Positions 1-12,947 of a stretch of DNA of 64,000 bases are shown one piece after another; the first letter of the stretch is position 1; each line of letters opens with the position of its first letter. This DNA comes from the human T2T-CHM13v2.0 reference genome, Homo sapiens. The notes beneath the pieces were generated by a model that did no database searches, was not told the origin of the DNA, and worked only from the letters and a program-made list of their open reading frames with translations. The translations under genes were made by a program, and so were the position numbers. Where the stretch lies: assembly GCF_009914755.1 (NCBI RefSeq), contig NC_060947.1; one strand, given 5' to 3'.

Positions 1-330
1 AATTGTTTATATAATTTCCTCATAACTTTGCTGATTTTTTTAAGAAACATATGGAGTGCTTATTTTTGTAACTGCATGCCTTTTTACTTTATAAAATCCA
101 TGTATCTGTCATGTCTTTGGAACTGGTGGTGCTATAGGCATTGTCCTTTCATATTCACTAGTCAGTTCTAATTTATTCTTTGTATTTAGCAAATGTTTTC
201 AGACAAAACATACTGTAAACAAGCAACTGGACTGAATTCTCTGGGGGATTAAAAAAGATGAACAATCTACCACCTCTGCTATTAAATACCTTGCAAAAAA
301 TAAGTGATATGAGATATCATACATGTATAG

Positions 331-817
331 TATATTACTTTCCTATTGTAGCTGTAACAGATCACCACAAATTTAGTGTCTTAAAACAACACAAATTTAT
401 TATCTTATGGTGATGAAGGTCAGAAGTTCTAAAATCCAGGTATCAGCAGGGATGCATTCCTTTAGGAGGCTCCAGGGAAGAATCTGTTTTCTTGCTGTTC
501 CCAGCTTCTAGAAACCACCTGTATTACTTGTCTTGTTGCTCCTTCCTGAACTCAAAATCATCAGCATAGCATCTTCCAGTCTCTGTAACCTTTACTTCTA
601 CTGTCACATCTCCTTCTCTGACTCTGACTTTCCTGCCTCCCTCCTGTAAATATCCTTGTGATTACATTGGGCCCACCACTTTAATCCAGAATGATCTCTC
701 CATCTCATGATCCTTAACTTAATCATACCTTCTAGGTTCCTTTTGCCACTTAACAGTCACAGGTTCTAGGAATTAAGATATGGACATCTTTGGAGAGTCA
801 TTATTCTGTCAATCACA
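331..817 (-). mobile_element. MaLR solo LTR, MLT1D-like
   Basis: Resembles the reverse complement of the MLT1C/D consensus: 'cttaaaacaacacaaatttattatctt', 'gattacattgggcccacc', 'atggacatctttgg...cattattctg'. Confidence 0.85.
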
Positions 818-869
818 GTGGTATATTAGAGTAGCTTTTACATAAAATAGTTTGATATGGATGGAATAC

Positions 870-1250
870 ATCTATATCAGGGCACAGTACAGAATAAGTG
901 ATGAGGGAGTGTCAGGAGAAAAGGTGGAAAAAGATAGATGGGAGCCATATCACAAGGACTTTGTATGACATGACAAGAAATGCTAATATTATGCTCTAGG
1001 AAGTCAGGAACCATTGAAGAAATTGCAGCAGAGCTTAGTAGGAATAACCTGACCAGATAGATTGGAAAGAGCTCTAAGACAAGAGAGTGGGAAATGAGGC
1101 CAGTAGTCCAGGTAAGAAAGTCATGAACTGAGCCAGTAACAGCAGGAATAAAAGAAAGAGAGATGGATTTGATTGCTAGTAAAAACTGGAAGTAATAAAA
1201 ACTAGCAGGTGATTGTACAGTGAAGAGAGGGAGGTGGAAGGTAATTCCAG
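870..1250 (-). mobile_element. L2 LINE fragment
   Basis: Purine-rich degenerate sequence with L2-type motifs ('ggagccatatcacaaggactttgt', 'gaaccattgaaga', 'gtagtccaggtaagaa'). Confidence 0.55.
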
Positions 1251-4200
1251 CTGCTTTTATTAAGTTAAAAATTCTGTTGAGAACTAGTAGCTAATGTTAT
1301 ATTTCTAGTCTATATTTTTCCTGGTCAAATACATTTTTGGGTTTTCAAAATGATGTATCTTTTGCAGTGTGGATTCCGACTGACAAATTGTACATCTGAA
1401 ATAAAAATCTGCGTTTGGGTCCACTGTAGGGTTCTTTCAAATGTCTTCTACCCTTGTGCCTATAATGAAGTATTGTATCAATGGGTCTTGCCTTGATAAT
1501 CTCAGTGAAGAACTTCAAGTTAACACAGGGAGAAGCTTTTTATTTTTTTAAGATGTCAAGTTTCTTTTAGTATGTAGTGCTAAATTGTGGTATACCTACA
1601 TGCATACACACATATGCACATGTATCCACTCAAATATACACACAGTTAACTATTAATTCACAAAACACACTTGTATTGCAGCTTTCCTATATGCCAGTTG
1701 CTGAGGATTCAAAAACAATAAGAATATATGATCGCTGCATTTTAAAAATATCTGTTTTATTTACCTAACTAAATAGTATAAGCTCGTTGAGTATAAAAAC
1801 ATCTTTATCCGTTTTTATATGTATACATATATGTATGTATATATATATATATCTTTTGTAATCGCTATGCTTAAAAGAGTCATTGCATAATCAGTACTCA
1901 GTACATCTTTGTATTTCATTTCTGGATTTAAGAACACTGAAAAATCTCATCACAGCACTCTCTATTTTCCTGTGGCAATGTACATGCATGTCATAACTCT
2001 TCTCTGATACCAGAAACTCCTTGAGGAATGATCTCTATATAGGTTAAGTTCATTAATGAGGCTTTACACATAGCATTATTTGACCAATTGTTATATAAGC
2101 AAATGAATAATTTTAACTTACATGAAATGAATAGTTTCATTAGAGTTTACATTTCTCTGAAAAGGAGGAATTAAAGCTTTATTTTTAGTTGGCAGGGTGA
2201 CCTGACCATTCATGGTTATTGTGTATAATCCCCTGCTGAAATTGTAATAGCTGAAGCTGAAAGCACTGAGACTATACTGGAAAGTGAATCTTGAGATGGC
2301 ACTCCTTCTTTAGCTCCAAAGGGCAAATTTTCAGTTACTTTGTTATAATAGGAATTGTGCAGCTTTTGCCTCCTTCTTATCTTTGAGAGATTTTGCCATG
2401 TCTGTACATATGAAGGTCATTCCATGAAGGAAGAGCAGATACACAAAAGGACTCCTGCATGGAAGCGTGGCTGGAAGGAGTAAGGCATTAGCCAAAGCAG
2501 CTGCTCAATGTCTCCATGTCTCTCAGAACGGATCATAACAAACCCTAGGAATGCTGGTGAATAGAAGTGGCCTACAACATTGAGGGTGTTTAATTTTAAT
2601 TCAGAACATAAATTAGTTCAATTTGGCAACTTGCGCATTCATTCTGCCACTCTAACTGACATGCTGCTCCGTGATGAACAGTGATGACTTACTGTTTGTT
2701 TCAAAGGCATGTTTTCGCTTTCTTTGGGAGACGTGCTTGGTTTGTTTTGTTCAATTTTTAATGATACATGATTTTATTTTAAATTTCTTTGGAAACTGCT
2801 TTGTATCCTAGGGTTTCCGGCTTCCTGTGAATTGAGGAGAGGTTATTACCTTCTAAGTTTTCAATTAGGAAAACAAAGCAAGTTTGGAAGCTCCGTTGGG
2901 ACCTTGTAAACCCTCTCAAAGCATGTTCTGAAAGAGACAATTTTTGTGCAACTAGCTCTAATTGTCTGAGATGAGACTATCTACAGAAGCTAATTGGAGA
3001 GTGTCTCATTCTGCAGCATGTATGGAGTCAGCAGAATAGTAATTTTGCTTTCTTGGGTTGTTTTTCCTTTTTGTTGTTGTTATTTTGTTTTGTCCACACT
3101 TCCTTTCAGTACCTAGCATTTTAAGATAAATCTTTCTCAATTTAAAATTACTTATCTCTAATGGTAAGGCTCAGGATTTCCATATAGACCCTTCCCAAAC
3201 TCTGTGTAATAATGTTCCTAAATCCTCAACCATTCTTTAGACCTAATATGGAATTAGTAAGCCTTTGATGGACTTGTATTCCCTTTTGCTTTACCTGGAT
3301 GTGATATTAAATTCTGTTTCAATTTTAATGTTTGTGTTCTGAATTACAGCTGGTAGGTACAGAATAGTATTTATCACATTTTCTTTCTTATGATCACCAC
3401 CTGAGTGATTACGTTGTTGACATATTCTGAATTAGACAAGAACATATGCTCAACTAAATTGATGCCTTACATAGAAACTTGCATATAATGAATTTCATTT
3501 GTGCAGTTATTTTAATTTTTGATTACACTTTTTGGTTTTAGTTTTATGTTTTCTCATGCTTCTCTAAAGCTGTTCCATCATGACTTAAAAACTAAGACTT
3601 CTCTGAAACTTGGAAATTTATTATGCAGATCTCATAATTATCCTAACTAGAAACCAGGTTCAATATAATTAAGGAAAAATATTTAAACTTTATAGATGTA
3701 CGCCATTTGTTCTCCTATTCATCCTACATTTGATTTTTAGTTTATAGTCTTTAATAAGTGGGGAAAACAGAATTACATTGACACTTTTTGGATTTAATTG
3801 GAAGGTTTTCAGAAAAGCTCTTTTGCATCAGACTATCTCTTCTACAAATGTTCTAGTGATGACTGATGACTCTAGAAGAAAACTCCATCAAATGGAAGGT
3901 AGAAGAGGAGTCCCAAGTAGGAGGCAGCTGAGAATGCAGAGTAGGAGAAGCTTCTGAGGCAGTGTATCAAGTAATATGTAAGGACAGAGTAGAGACTTGT
4001 GTCTTCCTCCTTCTTCTTTCTGTGTCCAAGGCTACACTTTGCCATTATATGATTTTGACATCAAATAAAACCAGTTTTCCTCGCAGTAGATTGAGGCAGG
4101 TATTATGAAGAAAAGGATGGACAATGCCAGTGGATTAATGGCTTAACTCAGACACGTTTCTGTTGTGAAGAAACCTTGAGACAAAGTTTAAGACTGGGAA

Positions 4201-5159
4201 AAATAACATTAAAATCAGATGTTTTGAGTTAAGAAAAAACATATAGATGCTGTTTGAGATCATTTTAAATGGAAACACTTAGTTTATGCCACCATGTGGT
4301 TATACCACACCATCTGTAAATTAGTGTTCAATGACACATTATTAAAACTTATACATTCAAACTCATGGTTAATTTTAATCTAGATGCCTACATCTCTGCG
4401 AATTGCAAGCATGTAAAACTGAACTCAACTTGCATTAATACATGAAGAGTTAATGAGAAACTGTTTTCCTGTGTATATGAATATAAATGCATGTTTTACT
4501 ATTTCATATAGATAATTTATACATTCTTTACATGCTTTATGGGATTATGTAGTTACATATTTATATGTTATAATACTTGAATTGGAATGGGTATTAAACA
4601 AGACGTAGGCTTTTAATATGAAAATATTAATATGCTTTAATATAAATAAGTTAAATATTTTTTGGAAAACAAATTAGGTATTCATTGCCAGCTTATAAAT
4701 ATGAAGCCTTTTAAATTTATACCTCACTTTAGCCAAAAGAGGTTACGTTACTCTTTGCAATTATTATTTTTAGGAGAAGGAGGGTATTTTTCTACTATTG
4801 TTGCTTTTTTCTCAGCATTTTTGAGTCAATGGGTGAAATGCTTTTACTCAGTGCTGTTTTTGCACCAAGTACATTGTTATTTTACCCATTGTAAATTATT
4901 CTCTCAATGGTTTAACAGGCTAAACCCTTAAATAAGAGGTGTCTTTTTTTAAAGAAAATATTTGGAAACGTGCAAATGAAAAGAGTAAATCTATTTTTGG
5001 TCGGGTTGTCCAAACTCTTCTTAGGATCTTATAGCTAGTATTTGCTTTTTTAATGGCTGTTTGAGGTGTGTTTAATTTAACAAGAATATGCCAGGGATTT
5101 ACTAAATTATATAAGACAGTTCTTTTTTTCAAAAAGTAGATCTAGTAATTTTATTTTTC

Positions 5160-6480
5160 ATTTAATACTCATTCAACATATAATATTTTGAGTTGTCTAC
5201 TATGTGATACCTACTATTCTAGGAACTTAGGATAAAATGATACATGCATTTCTCATGAAGAGTACAGCCTAGTGGGCTTAAATAAACAAGATAATTTCAT
5301 AATAATTCATGCTATGAATAAAATAAAACAAGTTAGCATGATAGTGATTGGCAAAGGTAGTTACTTCAGATAGGGAGGTCTCTTTGCAAAGATATCATTT
5401 GAGTTGAGACTTGACTCTGAAAAAAGAGCCCATTAAGTGAGAACATGGGAAAAGCTCATTCCAAGCAGGATAGTGAGTACCAAAGATATGCAGCAGTAGC
5501 AAACAAGACACATTTAAGAAATAGAAAGATGGTCATTATGGATGACAGGTAGTGACGAAGAATCATGCAGTGAGTCAAATTGTAAAGTTTTCAAAGGGTG
5601 CAGAGCAATGATTGGAGGAGTAAAATGGAAGGAAATGTTGGAGAATTAGCCGTGGCCCCTTAGGTCATGGTTTAGAGTATGCATTTTATTCTCAGTGTAA
5701 TGCAAAGCCATTGGAATCTAGCAAATGGAAGACTGAGTATATGATTTACATTTTTTCCAAAGAATCTTTTTTTTTGGCTGTGGAGTAAGAAGCTATTTAA
5801 ATCATCCTAGCAACAGATGACAGTTACCAGATCTTGGGTATTAAGTGGAAGATGGAGAGATAAAGACTGGTTCGGGTACAGTTTGGAAGTAAAACCAAAC
5901 AGGACTTGATGGCATACTGGATATAGGGGATGAGGAATATGTAAGGGATATATACCATATAAAGAAGCACAGATGACTTCTAAGTTTTATGAGTAACTGT
6001 ATTGATGGTGGGACTATTTCCTGAGATGGGGAAAATTAGAGGAGGGAGAGGTTCCTGTTTTCGAAATGTAGAATTAAGTTCGAGATTCCTATTCAGTCTT
6101 CGAGTGGCTTTGTCAAGGAGTCTGCAGGCAGCTCAGTGGACAGGTTAATAATGGATATTTAAGTGGAAGGAGCCATTGGCATGTAAATTGTATTGAAAAC
6201 CATTTGCCTGGATGAGATCACTCAAGCTAAGTCTAAGTAGATATAAAAAGTAGAGGTTGCAGGACAGAACCCTAGGATACTTCAACATTTCCGTAGTTAG
6301 TAAAGAAGTGAGATACCAGAAAAGTGAGAGAGAAAATATGAGTGTGATTTCATGGGAGCTCAGAATGATTCAATAATACGTAATTAAATGTATTGCATAG
6401 AGCTGAGAAGTGAAATAAGATGAAGATAGAAGATTGCTCATTGGATTTGGACACAGGTATAACTATCAATAATGTAAAGC
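5160..6480 (-). mobile_element. L2a LINE 3' portion
   Basis: Begins with the reverse-complemented L2 tail ('ctcattcaaca...tgagttgtctactatgtg'), followed by typical L2 body motifs ('aagccattgga', 'gagatggggaaaattagagga', 'ggatgagatcact', 'cattggatttgg'). Confidence 0.8.
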
Positions 6481-7379
6481 AATCAATGAATATCACAGAA
6501 AAGCATAGAATGGTGGGTAGGCAGAAGTCAAGGGAGCAAGCCCAGAAGTCTTATTTGCAATATGGGCATGACACTGCAGCAAATTTAAAATCTTCTATTG
6601 AATGTAAAATGCATATGAATTTTTTTTGTATGCCACTAGATAGCTAAAGGTGAACATGTAGGCCAAATGGAAAAGCAAAAAGAACAGAAGCATAGAGATC
6701 AAACTATTTTAGGGAACAAAAACTAGTTAACATCAAATTGATTGAAATTTGCTTCACAACCCCATATTTCTCATGCCCACTGTCCTATGAGATCTATTAT
6801 GCTGTTATGTAATGAAGAGCTGTGTTAATTATTCCTGCCACCTGCATCTAATGAAATTAGATGTGAAATTTCTGATAGGTACAGATGGCCACTTGAAAAA
6901 AACAATCCAGTTTTTCTTTTTTTTCTATCAGCTGGTCAAATCTCATAAGTTAGAAATGTTCAGACTATAAAATTAACCCCAGCATTCTTCATTTGTATAG
7001 ATACTAAGTATAAATGACAACTTCCTCAAGCCCAAATAACTTGTTTGGATTTAGAGTTTAAATACTATCCAATTAAGTGTATCATGCTGACACATTGTCA
7101 TTTAATACTCCCTTTGGTAGAGGGTTAAGCTTGTTGAATTATTTCAACTTAAATAATCTGATAACCCTCTCCCAGTTTAGTTCAGTTAATTTTATACAAA
7201 TAAAATTAAATCTCAAAATGCATATAAAGTAAGAGCATAATACAGTATGTAATGGGGCATAATAAAGTTGCCAATATTATAATGAAGCGCATAGAAAAAG
7301 TGTGACCTATTGTAATTAGTAATGTGCACCTCTGACAAATTGTAAAGCATGAATTTTCCTGGTAAGGAAAAAGAGAATG

Positions 7380-7780
7380 TGTGGTAATGGTAGCTAAAAT
7401 CCTATTCGTTTTGCATAGATTGCTATCAATATTCTGAAGCTGAGGGTTGTTGAAGTTGGAATTTAGATGGTTGAATGAAGATGTGCTCTGGAAATTAGGA
7501 GTACAGATAGACCCACATGGTCAGATAAAGGAAGGCTGACAGAATAAAGAAGCAAGACATGGGTTGGTTACTTGAGTTGTGGAGATGAATGTGAAATAAA
7601 TTGAATAAGATACAATGATTAGAAATTGATACATTAAGCCTGGAGATGAATACAATGATTACGAATATGTTCAGACCCACATATGTACCAAATGCAATGG
7701 ATGTCAGACATCTCACTGTGAAAGCAGGTGTTGAGATGTGCAAGACTTAAGGTAACCACAAGCTGAGAGAGGAGCAGAAA
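7380..7780 (-). mobile_element. Probable L2 fragment
   Basis: Purine-rich degenerate sequence resembling a more 5' part of L2; the match is weak. Confidence 0.35.
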
Positions 7781-8779
7781 CATATTAAGAATTCTCTAAA
7801 TAACAGTATTAAACAAAATAATGTTGAAGCCCAGAACGTCAGAGATTTTCTTTATAACTCCCTCATATGAGGTGAAATAACCTACTTAAGGTTGTTCAAC
7901 TGGTTGTGTGGCCTACTAGGTTAGACCATCAGAGACAGTGTGGTCCTCCTTGGATGAGTTGTTTAGGAGAATTATACATGATATAAAGAAAGGTCACAGC
8001 CATGTGTTAGAAACCGACCTTTGTGCATTACTCCTTCTGCAGGATTCCAGGGGAAGAAAAATCAATTGCTGACTAAATAGCATATTTGAATTACAGAGAT
8101 CAGCAACAGTATAAATATTGCAGGAAAATTTATATATAAAGAAACTTCTATGTGCCTTTATTAGTTTTGTCCACACAAAATGAAACAATGTGTGTATATA
8201 TATATTTTTTTCAGGCAAGCACCCAATTGAATTTCAGAAATCAGAAAACAAATAATTTAACCTTTCTTTTTAATTCAATTATATTGATTTGCCAAAGAAT
8301 CACTCTCTGATAAATAATTTTAAAGTGTCAACTCTCTGAATATTGTAAAATATGTAATTTTGGGTAAATTTAACTACATATTCTTGGATCCTTACCATTT
8401 TCTTCTCTTGAATATAAAAGATTTAGAATATGTCTTGATGATTTTTTGCTTGTTGTAATTAAAATGTCAAACTTAAAGTTGTTAAAATGTACATCTCTCT
8501 GATACTAGTAATTCTTTTCTCTTTTAAAAAACATACTTATCCAGTATTTAATTTCATATGTCTAGATTTGCTTAGGCAAAAGGTAGAAGTGCCTGCTCTT
8601 CAGTTTGCACATAAGCTAATATAGTTTAATATATATAAATGAATGTGTATAATAGAAGTATATTCATAAGTTAGAACGTGACATATTACCTAACATAAAA
8701 CAAATAAAACAGATAACTCAGTAGTTTGAAAGGGAAGCTTAAGGGTAATACTATACATATAGTGTCATAACACTATCAT

Positions 8780-9066
8780 GAAAATCTCTGTTAAACGCTG
8801 TCTCCTCAGGCACATTCTGTTAACTCTTCCTACCACACTTGTCACATTACCCAGTTTCATTTTCTTGACATCACCCAGGGCCCTCTGAAAGAATTTTCTG
8901 TATTAACATACTTGTTTAATGTTCCACTGTCCATATAAGAATGTAAACTCAGTCATAGAAGATTTTTTTTTCTTGTTCACTTCTATATCCCGAGCATCTC
9001 AGAACAATACCTGGCATATGAAAGATGTTTGATAAATACCAATGAAATTAATGTTTGAATGAATGA
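8780..9066 (+). mobile_element. L2 3' end
   Basis: 'aagaatgtaaactc...cttgttcacttctatatcccgagcatctcagaacaatacctggcatat' and a terminal 'gaatgaatga' tail. Confidence 0.75.
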
Positions 9067-9845
9067 TAGCATTTCTGTTTCGTTGTATTTTTCATTAAAA
9101 AATTCAAGTTTCTCTCAACTGATTTCAGATATTCCTTCTTTTCTAACATATGCATGCAGCACTATGAATTTCCCTCTAGGTGCTGCTTTCACTGATCCCC
9201 AAAACTTTGATTATTGTCATTTGTTCAAAAGATTTTAACATTTTTTGGAAATGTCTTTTTTGAGTGTGGATTATTTAGAAATGTGTTATTTAATTGCAAA
9301 TACTTGGAGATTTTCCAGGTATCTTTCTGTTGTTGATTTCCAATTTAATTCCATTGTGGTCTGAGATAATACATTGAATGATTTCTATCCTTTTAAATTT
9401 GTTAGGTTATGCTTTATTGCCCAGAATGTGGTCTATCTTCATCAGTGTTCCATGTGAGCTTGAGACAAATATGTATTCTGCCATTGTTAGATGGAGTATT
9501 CTATAATGTCAATGAGTTAAAAATGATTGATAATGTGACTCAGGTCATATATGTCCTTAATGATTTTCTGCCATTTTAATCTACTCATTACTGATGTAGG
9601 AGATGTTTAAGTCTTCAGCTATAATAGTGGATTTGCCTGTTTTCAGTTCTATCAGTTTTGGCCCGTGGAGCTTGATGTGCTGTTCTTAGGTGTAGGCATG
9701 TTTAGGATTGTAATGTCTTCTTGGGAAATTGGCCCCTTTATTAAGTAATATACCTCTTTATTACTGATAACTTTGCACATTTGGAAGTCTGAAATGTCTT
9801 AATACATTAATGATCTTAAATAAACTAAAACTCCAGCTTGCCTTT

Positions 9846-10312
9846 CGAGCACTGCACAGTACAGTAGTTTCTGATCTTTCTGTTTTGCCTCTCTTAGTGT
9901 GGAATCTCTGCCCTGCAAATGAGCTGAGTCCCGAGTGAATCAGGACCCACGTATTCTGTCCTATGAAGGCTGAGTGCAAGAGGAGATTACCTCAACTTCT
10001 TGGTTGCACTCACAGTGATTTTGCTTCTTGAAATTGGAATTAGAAAGAAAGAGAAATGCTAGCAAATTGCTCCTCCTAATGAGTTACGGTAATCTTTGAT
10101 TGGGAAATAAAGCTAGAGAGTGCCCCATCTTCTTAGCCATATCCATTAGTAATTGAGCTTTTGCCTAGTTGAGCTGTGTGGAAGGTTGTAGGAGGAAAGG
10201 AGCAGATAATGGTTCAAATGCCACAGACTCCCACTATTCTAACTGAATTTTAGTATGTTTTCTTGAATAAATGTTTCGTTCACTTACTATATTCCTTTGG
10301 GGCAATTTTCAG

Positions 10313-10366
<54 letters not shown>

Positions 10367-10465
10367 GTGTGTGTAGTTTTTAAAAAACTGATTTCACAAG
10401 TTTTGCTTGTTTCACTAGGGAATGGTCCATAGAGCTCATCATGCTGTCATCTCAAAAGTGGATCT
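9846..10465 (-). mobile_element. L1M-type (or HAL1-type) 5'-end fragment nested in L1
   Basis: Shares motifs with the L1 5' end at 27600-27805 ('ttttcttgaataaatg', 'aattttcag'); flanked by a degenerate 15-bp direct repeat. Confidence 0.5.
10316..10374. repeat. (TG)n microsatellite
   Basis: Read directly from the sequence. Confidence 0.98.
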
Positions 10466-11302
10466 TTCCAACTTTCCTTTGATTAGTGTTAGTATGGTAT
10501 ATCTTTCTTAATCATTTTGTGTGTAACATATAGGAATATTCATGTTTAAGGTGGGTTTCTTGTACACAGCACATCCTTGTGTCTTGATTGTCTTAATCCA
10601 TTCTGACCATCTCTATTTTTTAATTGGTATATTTAGACTAGGCCCATTTATTGTGATTATTGAAATAGTTGGGTTAATATGTACATGTTTGCAACTGTTT
10701 TCTATGCATTTGTTCTTTGTATATTTTTATTTCCCCTCTTTTTCTGGCTTTTCTGGCTTTGATTGAGCATTTATATGATCCATTTTATCTTCTCTCTTAG
10801 CATATCAATTATACTTCTATTTTAAAAAATCTTGGTGGTTGCCCTAGTATTTGAAATATACATTATTAGCTAATCTAAGTTTATCTTCAAATAACAGTAT
10901 ACTGCTATATGCATGCTGCTGGTACTTTATAATACAGTGATCTCAAATTTTTCTTGTATTACCTATGACACTGATATTATTCACATAATTTACCCTCATA
11001 CTATATTTACCTAATACATTGTTACTATTATTAAAATTAGCAGTTATATAATATAAGAATAATAAAAACAAAATACTTTACCTTCATTTATTTCCTCCCT
11101 TGATGCTCTTCCTTTATGTAGAGCCAGATTTATAACCTATATTATTTTACCTCTGCCTGAAAAAACATTTCACATTTCTTGCAGGGCAGATCTGCTATGA
11201 TGAAATCCCTCAAGTTTTGTTTGCCAGAGAAATGCTTTATTTCTTCTTCACTTCTGAAGTATAATTTCAGTGAATAATGAATTCTAGATTGATGTTTTTT
11301 CT

Positions 11303-11809
11303 TTTTTTATTGTTACATGATAGATGTATACATTTTAGGGGCACATGTGATGATTTGAATACATTCATAGAATCAAATCAGGATAATTGGGATATCCATC
11401 ACCTTAAATATTTATCCTTTCTTTACAGTAGGAACATTAGCATTATTCTTCTCTAGATATTTTGAAATGTATAATAGATTAATGTTAACTGTAGTCACCC
11501 TACTAATTTATCAAACACCAGGCCTTATTTCTTCTATTTATCTGTGTATTTGTACCCATTAATCAACCTCGCTTCATCCCCTCTTACCCCACCCTGCTTG
11601 GCCTCTGACAACCATTAATCTACCCTCTATCTTCATGAGATTCAATTTTAGCTCCCACATATGAGTGAAAACATGTGATATTTGTCTTCCTATGCTTGTC
11701 TTATTTTACTTCATTTGATGACTTCCATTTCCATCCATGTTGTTGCAAGTGACAAGATTTCATTCTTTTTTATGGCAGAATATTAATCTATTGTGTATGT
11801 ATGTGTGTT

Positions 11810-11870
<61 letters not shown>

Positions 11871-12211
11871 TTTCTTAACCATTCATCCATTCATGGAACT
11901 TAGATTGAATCCATATTTTGGCTATTGTGAATAGTGCTACAATAAACATAGGAGTGCAGATATGTCTTTGATATATTGATTTTATTTCTTTGGGGTGTAT
12001 GCCCAGTAGTGGAATGCTGGATTATATGATAGTTCTATATTTAGTTTTTTGAGGAAACTCCATGCTGTTTTCCGTAGTGGCTGTACTAATTTACATTCTC
12101 ACAAACAGTATATGAGGTTTTCGCTTCCTTCGTATCCTCGCCAGCATCTGTTAGTCCCTGTCTTCTGGACAAAAGCTATTCTAACTGGTTTGAGATGATA
12201 TCTCATTGTGG
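11303..12211 (-). mobile_element. L1MA-type 3' end
   Basis: Antisense 3'UTR ('gggatatccatcaccttaaatattt', 'tttagctcccacatatgagtgaaaacatg') running into the ORF2 end. Confidence 0.9.
11814..11865. repeat. (TA)n microsatellite inside L1
   Basis: Read directly from the sequence. Confidence 0.98.
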
Positions 12212-12212
12212 T

Positions 12213-12947
12213 GTTTTTAAAGTAATTTTAACCTTTATTTTAGATTCAGGGGGCACGTTTGAAGGTTTGTTATATGGGTATATTGTATGATGCTAAGGTG
12301 TGGGGTACAAATGATCCCATCACCCAGTTACTGAGCATAGTACCCAACAGTTAGTTTTTAACACTTGCCCTCCTTCCTCCCTCCTTCCTCGAGTAGTCCC
12401 CAGTGTCTTTTGTTGCCATCTTTATGTTCATGAGTATCCAGTGTTTAGCTCCCACTTAAAAATGAGAGCATGCAGTTTTTGGTTTTCTGTTCCTGTGTTA
12501 TTTTGCTTAAGATAATGGCCGCCAGCTGCCTCTACATTGCTGAAAAGGACATGATTTTATTCTTTTTTAATGGCTGCATATTATGCCATGGTATGTAACA
12601 TTTTCTTTATCCAATCCACCATTGATGGGCACCTAGGTTGTTTCCATGTCATTGCTATAATGAATAGTGCTGCAATGAACATACAAGTGCAAATGTCCTT
12701 TTGGTAGAACAACTTATTTTCCTTGGGGTATATACCCAGTAATGGAATTGCTGGGTTGAATGGCAGTTCTGCTTGAAGTTCTTTGAGATATATCCACAAG
12801 CTGCTTTCCACAGTGGCTGAACTAATTTACATTTCCACCAACAGTATATAAGCATTCCCTTTTCTCTGCAGTCTTGCCACCATCCATTGTTTTTTGACTT
12901 TCTAATAATAGCCATTCTGACTGGTGTGAGATGGATGTATCTCACTG
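12213..12947 (-). mobile_element. L1PA15/16-like 3' end
   Basis: 'ttagattcagggggcac...aatgatcccatcacccag...gcatagtacccaacag'; the minus-strand ORFs 12581-12811 and 12655-12966 translate to L1 ORF2 C-terminal peptides (HLTPVRMAII, PAIPLLGIYPKE). Confidence 0.92.

Larger units (their letters stand above)
9115..11300 (-). mobile_element. Old L1 (L1M/L1MC-like): ORF2 5' region, inter-ORF and ORF1 3' end; interrupted at 9846-10465
   Basis: Antisense L1 motifs 'aatttaattccattgtggtctgaga', 'cccagaatgtggtctatctt', 'gattagtgttagtatggtatatc', 'gaaatccctcaagttttgtttg'. Confidence 0.8.

Noticed and set aside
1367-1496. Acceptor-like 'tcttttgcag' followed by about 42 open codons
   Set aside because: No recognisable protein similarity and no strong donor before the stop codon.
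2389-2485. Possible small exon (open frame ...YEGHSMKEEQIHKRTPAWKRGWK) ending at GA|gtaagg
   Set aside because: Weak acceptor and donor context and an unrecognised peptide; unsupported without transcript data.
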